Source: an uncultured virus (IMG/VR IMGVR_UViG_3300025865_000001)
Lineage: Duplodnaviria; Heunggongvirae; Uroviricota; Caudoviricetes
Length of the DNA: 64,000 nt
Reading direction: 5' to 3' (one strand)
Virus record (IMG/VR): IMGVR_UViG_3300025865_000001
Shown piece by piece: positions 1 to 10,300 of the stretch (the first letter of the stretch is position 1; every line of letters starts with the position of its first letter). The translations under genes and the position numbers were made by a program. The notes under the pieces were generated by a model. That model saw only the letters and a program-made list of their open reading frames with translations, ran no database searches and had not been told where the DNA came from.

Positions 1-890
1 CTATAGTTGTTCATAGATTCTGTTAAGTAATCGTATGGGTCAATTGAAATTGCCAGACGGGTTTTAATTTTACGGGTTTCAAGCATGGTTGCCAAATCAT
101 CAGAAAATTCTTTATTCTGTGTAAGCCCAGCAAGCAATTTGCTTAATTTAGTTCCATAAGTATATGCAGGATAGAATTCCGCTAATGTGGAATTATTATC
201 CATGCATTTATTTTCTAAGAACTCATTTGAGCTAAAGCAACGAAGCATATTAGAAAAAACAGGATAAGTCGTACAAAGGTCTCTGACTTTACTGTTCATA
301 TCGTCTTCTGTCATATCAATTTCAATGCTTTTTTCAATAACAAATTGTTTTCCAAACATGATATAAAAATCATATTTGGCTCGTGCCCAGATATCAAGAT
401 ACTTATCAAGAACATCTTGACTGATAGTGTCCATTTTGACTGCACTACTATTGCCAGCAATTACCATCAATTTCTTAAAACGCATTTTGTTGACTTTACC
501 AATCATCTCTTTGATGATAGCCTCATCTTGTACTGCGTTAACAATTGAAGTTTGTACAACTTCTTCCGATGGGAGTTGTGGTTCACGATTTACAAATTCA
601 AGCATATCAAGAGAAATGCCAACCGTTTTTTGTGGCATATCAATCGTCCAAATATTGTCTTCCTGACGACCAATACGAAGCATATCGTTTTCACTAATGA
701 TATGGATTGTGCCACATAGTGACTCCATATAACTATTAAGCCCAGAACGTACTTTTCCCTGCTTATAGTCTTCAAACAGTTCTGCCCACGCTCTGAATCG
801 AACTTCGTCTCCGACTTTGATTCCACCTAAGCGTTCTGGCAAGTATGACTCGTTGTTTTCTGTTTTAATCTCATATTCTGTATCTGGCAT
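1..890 (-). CDS. Hypothetical phage protein, partial (runs off left edge)
   Basis: Read by hand: ATG at 890 with AAGGAG RBS; frame MPDTEYEIK...ISIDPYDYLTES stays open to the window edge; upstream TTGCTT-17-TATAAT promoter at 930-958. Confidence 0.75.
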   Translation of the reverse strand, partial: MPDTEYEIKTENNESYLPERLGGIKVGDEVRFRAWAELFEDYKQGKVRSGLNSYMESLCGTIHIISENDMLRIGRQEDNIWTIDMPQKTVGISLDMLEFVNREPQLPSEEVVQTSIVNAVQDEAIIKEMIGKVNKMRFKKLMVIAGNSSAVKMDTISQDVLDKYLDIWARAKYDFYIMFGKQFVIEKSIEIDMTEDDMNSKVRDLCTTYPVFSNMLRCFSSNEFLENKCMDNNSTLAEFYPAYTYGTKLSKLLAGLTQNKEFSDDLATMLETRKIKTRLAISIDPYDYLTESMNNY

Positions 891-977
891 TTTTTACTCC
901 TTATTATAGTTGTTTTATTAGGTTAGAGCATTATAGCACATAGTTATTTTAAAAGCAAGGGTCAAAATTACTTTCTT

Positions 978-1538
978 TTATTGTTCAAATTGAACAAAGG
1001 CTTTTTTAATCCTATTATATGCAATTGAAATTCGTTCTGATTCCCATCCATACGTAGATGGCATGAGCATACAAAAATATGCCCCAGCAGGAAAGTTATC
1101 AGAAAACATAGTCATCCAAATAGGGGTATTTTTTTGATTAATTTTAAAGAATACCCGTCCAAATCCTGCTGTTGCTTTTTTAAATAGTTTACTATCAAAG
1201 GTAACCAGATTTTCAACAACCTGACTATATCCCTTCTCTGGTGCTCCATCAAAGAAAATTTTTGTATCAATAAAATTGACTATCATAGTTTCAAGTTGAA
1301 TCAAAGTTCTGCTAACAAACATGGGGTGATAAAATTCGTCGTTGCCATCTAATCCACTAATAGGGGAATTGAGTTTGGCATATACGATTACATGTTTGTC
1401 CGTAGCAATAAAAAAATCTCTGTTTTTGCTAATCCTAATTGCCCCCGTACTATCAGTTTTATCTGGCTCGATAATATTACCAAGCCAACGAAATAGGTTA
1501 TATACTTTTGTTTCTGGGTCTTTTAGTGTAACTATCAT
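978..1538 (-). CDS. Hypothetical protein
   Basis: 186-aa ORF with GAGG RBS; no confident family. Confidence 0.7.
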   Translation of the reverse strand: MIVTLKDPETKVYNLFRWLGNIIEPDKTDSTGAIRISKNRDFFIATDKHVIVYAKLNSPISGLDGNDEFYHPMFVSRTLIQLETMIVNFIDTKIFFDGAPEKGYSQVVENLVTFDSKLFKKATAGFGRVFFKINQKNTPIWMTMFSDNFPAGAYFCMLMPSTYGWESERISIAYNRIKKAFVQFEQ

Positions 1539-1620
1539 TATTCCTCTTTTTGGTTATATATGATTATATCAGTATATGATAAGAGTGTCAACCATTAAGT
1601 TAGCACTCTTATTGTTATTG

Positions 1621-2637
1621 TTATCGGTCAACAAATGCATATTCCTTGATTACATTCAATGCACGATTCATATTGTTATTGCGATTTCCAAACATTACGC
1701 TATATTCGATGGGTTTTTTGACCGTACCACCATAGTTTTCATATTCTACAACGGCATTCAATAAGCCAAATGCGGTATCATTAATTTTTGTTCCAGCACC
1801 AGCAAAAAGTGCGTAAGCCAAAGAGCGGTCACGCTCTGCTTCTTCTACTTTACTATCAATAACTTGTTGTTTGGACGCCACCAATTTCTTTGGATAATAT
1901 GCAGGAAGTTGGGCTGGCAAAGGATAAATTTCTGCCAAAAGCCCCTTTACCTCATTATCGGTAGTCAGCTTTTTGCTTTCAAGATTTAAAAATAAGCCTT
2001 TTACCATTGAAGCTTGTTCTTCTGCTTGCGTTTGTACGTGCTCAAGCCAAATTCCCAAGTTAATCTCAACCTTCTTGCTGTTATGGCGACCACTCCAAAC
2101 TCGACCCGTTCCAAGAGTTGCATCATTTTCTGAAATTGCTAATGCCAATGTATTTTCACATACTGTTCGGGTGGTTGCAAGGTGCAAGTTTGCACCATAT
2201 TTGCCGTCATATCCAACTGCCACCAAGCCATACATTTTAATCTCATCGCCCTTAATATCAATCAGGGGCAACTTCCAGGATAGAAAAAGTTTTTCTCCAT
2301 TGCCTAACATGCCCATAGTTTCTACGGGCTGATTCACGTTTTGGTCAAAAAGTTCGCAGATTGTCGACGGTTGTATGATGTTATAGTGTTGCGTGATATA
2401 GCCGAAACTGCGTTCAATGGGGTCATCATGCGTGGCAGTACGTACAATTGCAAAGTCGCCAGTTTCTGATACCGCTCCATTGAGTTCAACGATAAGAGGA
2501 CGTTTGACAAACTCATAACGCCCAACTAAATCTAAAACCTCATTGGCAGTCATGTCTTCTTGTGTTACAATGCCCAGCTTATGCCAAGCCTCTTCACGAT
2601 GTCCGTAAAATCTGTTCCCAAATAAATTGCTCGCCAT
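1621..2637 (-). CDS. DUF932 / TIGR03299-like phage-plasmid protein
   Basis: AWHKLG near the N-terminus and TTRTVCENTL motif typical of the family; start moved to MASN (AAAGGAG RBS). Confidence 0.8.
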   Translation of the reverse strand: MASNLFGNRFYGHREEAWHKLGIVTQEDMTANEVLDLVGRYEFVKRPLIVELNGAVSETGDFAIVRTATHDDPIERSFGYITQHYNIIQPSTICELFDQNVNQPVETMGMLGNGEKLFLSWKLPLIDIKGDEIKMYGLVAVGYDGKYGANLHLATTRTVCENTLALAISENDATLGTGRVWSGRHNSKKVEINLGIWLEHVQTQAEEQASMVKGLFLNLESKKLTTDNEVKGLLAEIYPLPAQLPAYYPKKLVASKQQVIDSKVEEAERDRSLAYALFAGAGTKINDTAFGLLNAVVEYENYGGTVKKPIEYSVMFGNRNNNMNRALNVIKEYAFVDR

Positions 2638-2683
2638 ATTATCTCCTTTGTGTGTTTCATATGTCATTTTATATTGTATAATT

Positions 2684-2712
2684 ATTATAGCCGATCACTA
2701 TCTGTTTGTCAA
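2684..2712 (-). promoter_or_regulatory. sigma70-type promoter
   Basis: TTGACA-17bp-TATAAT on the minus strand upstream of the DUF932 gene. Confidence 0.85.
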
Positions 2713-3035
2713 GGGGCAAAATCATAATCTTTTATTTCAATATTTTTTGGTTATTAATTTTGGTTACATATTCTGTTATCAACATATTTATATTATGATA
2801 CCATATATAATAATTAAATACAAGGAAATATATTAAAAGTGATCCTTAAATCTAGTTGCCAGCAATCCTAGAACTCCGTGTGTTATACGATTATATTATG
2901 ATTTTATATTATACCGTTTAAAACAAAAAGAGGAATTGAGTATTCCTCTTTCTGCTCATAAAATTTTTTGGTCGGCTTTGTGCCTGTTTGACTTTATTAG
3001 TTACCAATGCCGGTAACTCATTGTGTCGCACAAAT

Positions 3036-3404
3036 CTAATAAGGTAAAGTTTCCCCTGAATTTCTATTCTTACAAACCAAGCCGTCCGACCTGTAGACCC
3101 ACATCCAATTATTCTGGTTAGTATCGTAACCCAACCCAATTAGTATGGACTCTAAACTTGCATAATATTTTGAAAATAACTTTGTTGTCGCCTCCTTCAT
3201 CAATAGTAGGTCAAAAAGATACAATTTTGCGTATTCTTTAATATCTAAGCCACCTCCTTCTTCACATATGTGTTTATATGTTTGGTTTTGAACACCTTTT
3301 TCCTGATTTTCATCAGTAGTGTTATTACACTCGTCTTTGATATAGACGGGTTTAAGATTCCCGTCTTTGTTCAAAGTATAAGCCAGTACATATTTTACTC
3401 CCAA
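3036..3404 (-). CDS. Hypothetical protein
   Basis: 122-aa ORF overlapping the end of the peptidase gene. Confidence 0.6.
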   Translation of the reverse strand: MGVKYVLAYTLNKDGNLKPVYIKDECNNTTDENQEKGVQNQTYKHICEEGGGLDIKEYAKLYLFDLLLMKEATTKLFSKYYASLESILIGLGYDTNQNNWMWVYRSDGLVCKNRNSGETLPY

Positions 3405-4882
3405 TTTTGCCCCTCAACTGCATCAATAAAGTCTTCGCTATGCAGATAACTTTTAGGATTTTTTATTCTATCGTCATCTTTTAATAAATTGGCAGTACCG
3501 TTGTCATCGATGAAACCATCATCACAAGCCTTGTCAGCAAGTAACAATTCTGCAAGTCCCTCATCTTCGTCGGCTTCCCCAATGATGTCGCTGTAATGCG
3601 GTGCAACCCATGCATCTAAGTTTTCAATGATTTCAGTATAGATGGGCATATCTTCCTCATCAAAATAGTTCAAAATAAACATGGTGGGACTCATGTGCTC
3701 AACTTCTACATTAATAAATTGTCGAGCATCAGCGTCATAATAGTCAAAACCCGTAGCTTCTAAATCGTGATAAAAACTTTTTGGTAACTTATCTAATTTT
3801 AAACTATCCTCGGTTACTGATACTAATTCCCCAGCAATATCACGAACTTCTTGTTTGACAATTTCGTGGGCGTTATTACGGTAAATGATAATTGATTTAT
3901 CATCTGTTTTTCTAAATTCAACATCTAAAATTTCACCCGTATCTGCGTCTACCTTATCACCAACCCCCACGATTTTGCCCTGAGCACTTAGTGGAATTCT
4001 AAGATTATTGCCGTTAGAATCCTTCATAATTTCAGGCGTTTTTGGGTAGTTTGTAGCCAGTTCCGAAAGTGATACCCCTGTTGTTGAAGTCTCTGCATAA
4101 TCATCATCCCAGCCATAATTGCGTGAATAGCCAGAGTATTTACTCCATCTTGACGCATATGAATATGCTGGTTTGTCATAATTGAATTTATTGTTTTTAT
4201 AGGTTGCAAAAAAGTCAGTAAACATATTGACAACAACGCTCATCCAAGATGTTCGAGTCATGCAAGAATTTGTATGTTCGTATTTGTAGCCAGTACCAAA
4301 GTTGATCCCAGCGCAACCAAGATTATCAAGGTCGCAAATATCTGAAAAACTGCCAGTCTCAATTTTATAGTCCAAAGAGTTCAAAGCATTACGAATTTCT
4401 TTACTATCAAATTTATATAGAACGGCTGTTCCATAATCACGTCTATCAAGTTCAAAAATCCAATTATATTTCTTAGTGGTTGTAAAGTTTCTCGCTGTAG
4501 ACATCCCAATTTCTTCATCGGTTGTTAGCAAAATGTCGTACTTTAATCCATAATATGGAAGTACATCCATGAGAAAGAAAACACCCAAGCGATCATCAAG
4601 TCGAATTGACTCGATATAATTATCGTCAGCTCCTATTTTAGTCATTTTGGTAGGTACATAGTCTTTGGTGACTTTATCAGCCACCGTATCCATGTGCGCA
4701 ATACCCAAAATTTTTGCTCCTCTATCTATATAAAGGTATCCCTTGCCTGTTTGGAATTTGAAATCCCAGTATTTATTTGGTTCGCAATAAAGACTTTCTA
4801 CATCTGCGTCCAAAATTTTTTGTAATTTCTTCAAATTGAATTTCATGGTATCAGATACCTCCTCTCGTTTCAATTTTTTCAT
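3395..4882 (-). CDS. M28/M20-like zinc peptidase with acidic C-terminal extension
   Basis: Metal-ligand motifs AHMDTV, LDDRLG, TDEEIG, ELDRR, GSFSDI and YEHT in the expected order. Confidence 0.75.
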   Translation of the reverse strand: MKKLKREEVSDTMKFNLKKLQKILDADVESLYCEPNKYWDFKFQTGKGYLYIDRGAKILGIAHMDTVADKVTKDYVPTKMTKIGADDNYIESIRLDDRLGVFFLMDVLPYYGLKYDILLTTDEEIGMSTARNFTTTKKYNWIFELDRRDYGTAVLYKFDSKEIRNALNSLDYKIETGSFSDICDLDNLGCAGINFGTGYKYEHTNSCMTRTSWMSVVVNMFTDFFATYKNNKFNYDKPAYSYASRWSKYSGYSRNYGWDDDYAETSTTGVSLSELATNYPKTPEIMKDSNGNNLRIPLSAQGKIVGVGDKVDADTGEILDVEFRKTDDKSIIIYRNNAHEIVKQEVRDIAGELVSVTEDSLKLDKLPKSFYHDLEATGFDYYDADARQFINVEVEHMSPTMFILNYFDEEDMPIYTEIIENLDAWVAPHYSDIIGEADEDEGLAELLLADKACDDGFIDDNGTANLLKDDDRIKNPKSYLHSEDFIDAVEGQNWE

Positions 4883-4889
4883 CTAAATA

Positions 4890-4918
4890 ATTGTACCACA
4901 AAGCTGGTCGCTTGTCAA
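4890..4918 (-). promoter_or_regulatory. sigma70-type promoter, probably giving a leaderless mRNA
   Basis: TTGACA-17-TACAAT with TG extension; ATG is 7 nt after the -10 box and there is no SD. Confidence 0.7.
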
Positions 4919-5103
4919 GCCCCAAACCTTATCAGGTGGTAGTATTTAATTGGTTTTATTTCTATAATGGAGTATATCATATACAGGTATCGTTGTCAAG
5001 TCTTTCTATGGACAACATTATCAAATCCTGGAAATTGCTCCTTGCATTTTTTTATGATTATGATATAATATCATTATAACATTAAACAAGGAGTACGTAA
5101 ACC

Positions 5104-5904
5104 ATGAAAACTACTAAAAAAATTGTATCTTTAAAAGTAACTGGTGACTATCGAAGCCAGCCAACCAATCACAATGAACTTGAGGATTATCTTATTTTTG
5201 AGATTAAGAATAATTCAGCTACCGCAGTAAATACTATATTAAAGGATGGCACTCAATCCAGAAAACGCATTTTCATCGGTTCTAATCAGAATCGACTTGG
5301 AGAATTTACTGGCAAAAATAAAAAGCATGGACGATACTTTGATTTTTATAATACCGGCGAAATTGAGTCCATTGAATATCAAAAAATCGAATCTCAAAGA
5401 GATACGTTACTGAATGATTATACAAAATTTAAAAAAGCTTTTACGCAAAAATGTCATAAAAATCTTTGGGCAGAATTGCAAAATGATTATCAAAAACTTG
5501 ATGTAAATGATTTGGTAAGTTATGTAGAAAATTATCTTGCCACCAATAAAGCCTATCTATCAATATATGATGCCATTAGGCAATACGACAAAGATAGAGG
5601 TATCAATATTTATGTCAGTTCAGAATACAAAACGACCAGCATTAAATCTCATAAACCCTCTGGGCGCTTTGGGAATGATATTTCAAATTATAATGCTTGT
5701 ATTGCCAATATCAAAAAACACTTAGATAATAAGGAAGAGTTTCGTTATTTTTGGCAAGCTGATTATGATATTAGAGTTAGTGGCAAAGTTGGGGAAGATG
5801 GCAATTATCGTGCTTGGTTTTCAGCAGAATATAAAAACTGCGGAAATGGGCACTATTATCTGCTTATCAATGAGAACACCGCAATATTTGCAGAAGACGA
5901 CTAA
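5104..5904 (+). CDS. Hypothetical protein
   Basis: 266-aa ORF, AAGGAG RBS, upstream TTGCAT/TGnTATAAT promoter. Confidence 0.8.
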   Translation: MKTTKKIVSLKVTGDYRSQPTNHNELEDYLIFEIKNNSATAVNTILKDGTQSRKRIFIGSNQNRLGEFTGKNKKHGRYFDFYNTGEIESIEYQKIESQRDTLLNDYTKFKKAFTQKCHKNLWAELQNDYQKLDVNDLVSYVENYLATNKAYLSIYDAIRQYDKDRGINIYVSSEYKTTSIKSHKPSGRFGNDISNYNACIANIKKHLDNKEEFRYFWQADYDIRVSGKVGEDGNYRAWFSAEYKNCGNGHYYLLINENTAIFAEDD

Positions 5905-5919
5905 ACTGCTTGCCTATAG

Positions 5920-5950
5920 AAATGCGCTTGTAATAGGGCGCATTTTTTAT
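5920..5950 (+). terminator. Rho-independent terminator
   Basis: AATGCGCT..GGCGCATT hairpin followed by a T-run. Confidence 0.75.
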
Positions 5951-5955
5951 TTTAC

Positions 5956-5984
5956 TTGACTTTTTTATTCTACTATGATATAAT
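5956..5984 (+). promoter_or_regulatory. sigma70-type promoter
   Basis: TTGACT-17-TATAAT with TG extension. Confidence 0.8.
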
Positions 5985-6015
5985 CCTTTTATACGATAAA
6001 ACAAAGGAGTATAAA

Positions 6016-6363
6016 ATGAAGAATGGATTGTACCACAAAGATATATATATGCCAAAATTAAATGTTGCAGACAAAGACATACAGTTGGATTATACATATC
6101 ATGCAATTTATGCAAGTGAAACCGATAAGTATGAGAAAATTTCATTGCCCAGCAAAGTAAATGTATCTAAGGGAGAAATTATTGAGATCGAGATAGTTGA
6201 CAACAAACTTATTAAGCTTGTTGTTGGCGTGCCTTACAATTCAAAGTACAATCTCTTTCTGGTAATTGTACAGGATTGCGCAAGAGTCAAAACGGTCTGG
6301 CTAAACGAAATTAGTGATAAACACATCACGCTTGATCGAAGCAAATATATTTCAAGACCATAA
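6016..6363 (+). CDS. Hypothetical protein (faint DUF4258/RelE-like pattern)
   Basis: Start moved to MKNG (AAGGAG RBS); YTYHA...VKTVWLN pattern; family call is weak. Confidence 0.6.
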   Translation: MKNGLYHKDIYMPKLNVADKDIQLDYTYHAIYASETDKYEKISLPSKVNVSKGEIIEIEIVDNKLIKLVVGVPYNSKYNLFLVIVQDCARVKTVWLNEISDKHITLDRSKYISRP

Positions 6364-6379
6364 TTAAGGAGATAGTATA

Positions 6380-6526
6380 ATGGAACACTATATAATTATT
6401 AGATATGTTACTAGTTTAGGTGAACCTGGAAGTCTTGTCTTGAGTGATAGGAGTCAGGCTGAAATTAACGCAGTTATTCGAAACCTCATAACTTATTGGG
6501 GTGCTCAGAAAGCGGAGGTAGTATAA
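6380..6526 (+). CDS. Small hypothetical protein (48 aa)
   Basis: Read by hand: AAGGAG RBS, MEHYIII..., stop overlaps next ATG (TAATG). Confidence 0.6.
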   Translation: MEHYIIIRYVTSLGEPGSLVLSDRSQAEINAVIRNLITYWGAQKAEVV

Positions 6527-6825
6527 TGAAACAGTGTGAATTAGAACAAATTTTAGATGGTTTGACAATTGTCACACAGATTGTAAATGCTGAAGAAAAA
6601 CTTATAAAGGTGCAAGCCCAATTTGCTGACGAAAAGATAAAATCTAAACAGTACCTTGACAAAGCGCATATAAGATTTTTAGAATTACAGCGCATAAAAA
6701 CGATAGTTGAAGCACTGATTGATACGGGAAATGTGCTGGCTGATGAACACATGTCAGGTTTGCACAATGCGTTTGGAAATAAGTGGCACGACCTCGTTGA
6801 AGAATATCGGGTAATCAGAAAGTAG
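6526..6825 (+). CDS. Hypothetical protein
   Basis: GGAGG RBS, start MKQCE. Confidence 0.7.
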   Translation: MKQCELEQILDGLTIVTQIVNAEEKLIKVQAQFADEKIKSKQYLDKAHIRFLELQRIKTIVEALIDTGNVLADEHMSGLHNAFGNKWHDLVEEYRVIRK

Positions 6826-6835
6826 AGGTAATTTA

Positions 6836-7348
6836 ATGGCACAAAATAAACAAGAGATTTTTTCTTATGTACCCGCAGAAAAAACCGATGAAATTCCAAA
6901 CGAAATGCCAGCAATCAAAGATAACCCAAAAAATTCGGTTACATTTGACACTAACATGTTAACACCATCACAGTTGGCAATTCTTGGACATATCAATTAT
7001 GAGCGTAGACTCGCTCAAGCATTGGGAATACAGATAGGACAATCAGAAAGTAGAGAGAATAAAATGACATATCAATTAACAAGTCAAGACAAGCGCAGTA
7101 TCGTACAGACCGCAGAACATACATATCAAAACTTTTTTGAGGATGACAACATTAAGGGTGCAAAGCCCTTACCGACAGACCTTTACAATATAGCTGAAAA
7201 TGCTACTATTATTGAAGTTGAAAAAATGGATGCTTGGATAAGTGGTTCTGACGATGAACAAGGAGAGATTGAAATTTTGGTTAGGAATTACATTGACGGA
7301 ATCCTTACGGATTGGTTCGATATAATTCCTGATATGTTTGGAAACTAA
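6836..7348 (+). CDS. Hypothetical protein
   Basis: 170-aa ORF, GAGG RBS. Confidence 0.65.
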   Translation: MAQNKQEIFSYVPAEKTDEIPNEMPAIKDNPKNSVTFDTNMLTPSQLAILGHINYERRLAQALGIQIGQSESRENKMTYQLTSQDKRSIVQTAEHTYQNFFEDDNIKGAKPLPTDLYNIAENATIIEVEKMDAWISGSDDEQGEIEILVRNYIDGILTDWFDIIPDMFGN

Positions 7349-7361
7349 ACTATTAAAATGC

Positions 7362-7390
7362 TTGACTTGACTTTTATGTTGTGATATAAT
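7362..7390 (+). promoter_or_regulatory. sigma70-type promoter
   Basis: TTGACT-17-TATAAT with TG extension. Confidence 0.8.
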
Positions 7391-7421
7391 ATTATTATCA
7401 AATAAAAACAAGGAGATTGAA

Positions 7422-7616
7422 ATGACACGCAAACTAATGGAAGCACTCAGAAAAGCATTCATGTCAAACTATCAAGCAGGCGCGGGAACCTATATCGACC
7501 TCGAACACGCGCACGCGTTGGACACACTGATTAAGGCAGACATTCAAAACGAGATTAACAAGGCTGGCGAGACCCTTAACGAGAAGTACGTCCCTAAAAT
7601 GGCGTGGGAGGCTTAA
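7422..7616 (+). CDS. Hypothetical protein
   Basis: AAGGAG RBS, 64 aa. Confidence 0.7.
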   Translation: MTRKLMEALRKAFMSNYQAGAGTYIDLEHAHALDTLIKADIQNEINKAGETLNEKYVPKMAWEA

Positions 7617-7617
7617 A

Positions 7618-7836
7618 ATGCCAGCACATAATATTGAATTAACGGATGAAGATATTATAAAAGAGTTTAAAGACGCCTGTTTAACTTGTGAGATGGATAA
7701 GGATGACGGTGGAAGAGAACTTATCAATTTAGGAAATTGTTTAGACTCTAAATATACCATGCAATTAGGCTGGAAAATCCAGGACTTTCAGGGCAAGTTG
7801 CTCAAAAATGGGGAGGTCATTGCCACCTATATCTAA
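7618..7836 (+). CDS. Hypothetical protein
   Basis: GGAGG RBS, 72 aa, followed by a hairpin/T-run at about 7858-7888. Confidence 0.7.
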   Translation: MPAHNIELTDEDIIKEFKDACLTCEMDKDDGGRELINLGNCLDSKYTMQLGWKIQDFQGKLLKNGEVIATYI

Positions 7837-7956
7837 TTAATATTTCTATAGCTATTGAAGAGGTTAATATAACGTTAACCTCTTTTTAATTTGGATTTAA
7901 CACTCATCGACTATAATTATATTATTCAATCATATAAAATAAAACAAGGAGACGAC

Positions 7957-8655
7957 ATGTTACAATTTGTTATGAAGGGTAAAATCGCAAAATATTTTGA
8001 CTGGAATCAAAGGCAGGAATCACCTGAAATTTTTGATAATGCCTACAGCCACCAATTCATTTGCAAATTTTATGGTTGGAACGAAAAGTATTGTGGTTTC
8101 TATTCTTATGACCCAATCTTTAATAAGGTTGATACTATAAAATCCCAACCAGAAAAATGGATGAATGGCTTCGCCGTAAACTTTGCGGAGACTTTAGATT
8201 TTAATACTATTGCACCGCTTATTCATGTACGACCAGTGCTTAATCCTCTGGCAATGCGACCAGTGGAATCGGTTAGTAGTAAACACATTCGCCAATTGGA
8301 ATCATGGGCTAAAGTTACCAGAAAAGAAATTGGCGATTATGGGAGTCAAGCCATTGGAGCACTTGGTACTGATTTGTATGAAGGTGTAGCAGATACGATT
8401 GAGTATGATTTGACGAATGTAATGGAAGGTATGATTTTAAAAAGTATTGTAAAAGATGGCGGTAATAATATCGTAAGATTATATGATGCCATTCGACTTT
8501 ATACTTATTCATTTTTCAAATTAGATTTCAGTGATAATGCTCAGGCACTTTTGGATTTGTGGTACGACGGACTTGTACCTTCTTTTGACGGCATAACGTG
8601 GCGGTTACATAGTGGGTATGATGCTAAAATCGTCTACCGATGGATACCGGATTAA
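7957..8655 (+). CDS. Hypothetical protein
   Basis: Start moved to MLQFV (AAGGAG RBS). Confidence 0.75.
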   Translation: MLQFVMKGKIAKYFDWNQRQESPEIFDNAYSHQFICKFYGWNEKYCGFYSYDPIFNKVDTIKSQPEKWMNGFAVNFAETLDFNTIAPLIHVRPVLNPLAMRPVESVSSKHIRQLESWAKVTRKEIGDYGSQAIGALGTDLYEGVADTIEYDLTNVMEGMILKSIVKDGGNNIVRLYDAIRLYTYSFFKLDFSDNAQALLDLWYDGLVPSFDGITWRLHSGYDAKIVYRWIPD

Positions 8656-8732
8656 TAGCAAAACTCAAAACCTCTTGACTTTATTTGGTAATGTGATATA
8701 ATATTATTATCAAATAAAACAGGAGGTTTACT

Positions 8733-8948
8733 ATGACACACGATATAAAAACTGGCGATCTCTTTAAAAGTTCGACCAGCGGAGATAAGTACGAAGTTAT
8801 GAAAACAACCGATAAGACGGTTACACTTAGAAGTTTAGTCAATCCTTATTTCAGGGATTTTACCAAAAAAGTTAAATTCGGCTTTATGGATGAGGAATGG
8901 ATTGAGATTGACAAATACGATAGCCTACACAGGATAAAAGGAGACTAA
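8733..8948 (+). CDS. Hypothetical protein
   Basis: AGGAGG RBS; promoter TTGACT-16-TATAAT at 8675-8702. Confidence 0.7.
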   Translation: MTHDIKTGDLFKSSTSGDKYEVMKTTDKTVTLRSLVNPYFRDFTKKVKFGFMDEEWIEIDKYDSLHRIKGD

Positions 8949-8949
8949 A

Positions 8950-9255
8950 ATGGAAAACCCCATAGTTATTAACATTTTACAAAGAAATTTAGATATCAGA
9001 AAAAATCTCTCAGTATTATTTGACGAGACGACGGACTCACTGGAATACGGTTGGGGTCGCTGGCAAGACGAAAGAGAATATGAGGATATTAACGACTATG
9101 CCCAGCTATTTACGAAGGCAATCGAAAAGTCAGGATTTCAGCTTATCAAAATGACTAAGCGACCCTTTGGATTTATAGTTAAGCCTAAGCCCGAAGTCAC
9201 AATCCAATATTATTGCAATGGCAGAAATGCTGGTTATAAGCAAATAGATAAATAA
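8950..9255 (+). CDS. Hypothetical protein
   Basis: AAGGAG RBS, 101 aa. Confidence 0.75.
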   Translation: MENPIVINILQRNLDIRKNLSVLFDETTDSLEYGWGRWQDEREYEDINDYAQLFTKAIEKSGFQLIKMTKRPFGFIVKPKPEVTIQYYCNGRNAGYKQIDK

Positions 9256-9301
9256 AGTCGAACTGGTGCTGATGAGACAGGTTAAACAGGAGATAAATAA
9301 A

Positions 9302-9574
9302 ATGGAAAAATGTGGTAAAGATTTTTGGATAATGGATGAGGATACGAGTCTTCTTTATATAGCTGAGACTGGTGGTTATTACTTTTTATCAAGCGTTACG
9401 GGTAAAACAACCAAAGTTTACAAAAACATGAAAGAAGCAATAAATGACTACAACAACAAAAAACTTGTGTGGTTAAAATTGACAGACCCGTATACGCAAT
9501 ACGACCCCGATTGGGAAATAGAAGCCCTTTTAGATAAACTTGCTTATGAAACACAGGGAGATAACAATGGATAA
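9302..9574 (+). CDS. Hypothetical protein
   Basis: Start MEKCG, AGGAG RBS. Confidence 0.65.
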   Translation: MEKCGKDFWIMDEDTSLLYIAETGGYYFLSSVTGKTTKVYKNMKEAINDYNNKKLVWLKLTDPYTQYDPDWEIEALLDKLAYETQGDNNG

Positions 9575-9770
9575 GAAAATTTTGATGAAAATTGGACAAG
9601 CACTAAGAACCGCCGAAATAGCGGTTGAAGAAATGAAAAATGCCGTTCCATTTGATGAGAAAGACCCAGAGACGGTAGAATTTGCCGATGAATTAGCCAT
9701 CGTAGATGGCGCACTGGTTGATTTTGACCGTTACCTTTCAAGTTTTTCGTTACCAAAATATAAACAATAA
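9567..9770 (+). CDS. Hypothetical protein
   Basis: Start MDKKI, GGGAG RBS. Confidence 0.65.
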   Translation: MDKKILMKIGQALRTAEIAVEEMKNAVPFDEKDPETVEFADELAIVDGALVDFDRYLSSFSLPKYKQ

Positions 9771-9783
9771 AAAGGAGACTAAG

Positions 9784-9981
9784 ATGACTATACAAGAATT
9801 TTTAGATTGGATTGACGGATGTGGAATTATTTTCACAGATAAAGACCTCGTAGCAGAGGAATTGAGAGATTATGGCATATTACTAACTGATATGATTACC
9901 ATTTCTAAACCGAACGGAGAAATTCTATTAGGCGGAGCACAATTTCAAAAATGGTTAGACAATCAAGACGAAAGCTGTTAG
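9784..9981 (+). CDS. Hypothetical protein
   Basis: Start MTIQE, AAGGAG RBS. Confidence 0.65.
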   Translation: MTIQEFLDWIDGCGIIFTDKDLVAEELRDYGILLTDMITISKPNGEILLGGAQFQKWLDNQDESC

Positions 9982-9993
9982 GAGATAATTAAG

Positions 9994-10173
9994 ATGACAA
10001 AATATTGGGTAAGTATGGTTAAATATGCTGGCTTCTACGTGGAAGCCGATACTGAGGAAGAGGCTGAGGAAAAAGCCGAATATGTGCCAGAATCAGAATT
10101 TGAGTTCAGCGCGATGCAAGACGGTGGAGGGTGGGAAGTTTCATCTGTTACACCAGACTCAGAGATTGATTAG
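9994..10173 (+). CDS. Small acidic hypothetical protein (59 aa)
   Basis: Read by hand: AGGAG RBS, MTKYWV...VEADTEEEAEEKA. Confidence 0.65.
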   Translation: MTKYWVSMVKYAGFYVEADTEEEAEEKAEYVPESEFEFSAMQDGGGWEVSSVTPDSEID

Positions 10174-10177
10174 CCTC

Positions 10178-10206
10178 TTGACAAAATAAATCAAATCGAT
10201 TATAAT
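10178..10206 (+). promoter_or_regulatory. Consensus sigma70 promoter upstream of the RNA cluster
   Basis: TTGACA-17-TATAAT. Confidence 0.9.
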
Positions 10207-10300
10207 GTTTAAGTAGTTAGGAACGGGGAGGCAAGCATATAAGTTTGAGGTTGGCTCATTCCCCCCTTGCTGAAAAGTCCTAACTACCATTAAAAACTTT

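Noticed and set aside
978..1538. Sliding-clamp (beta) homologue suggested by IATDKH
   Set aside because: Only one short motif and the protein is about half the expected length
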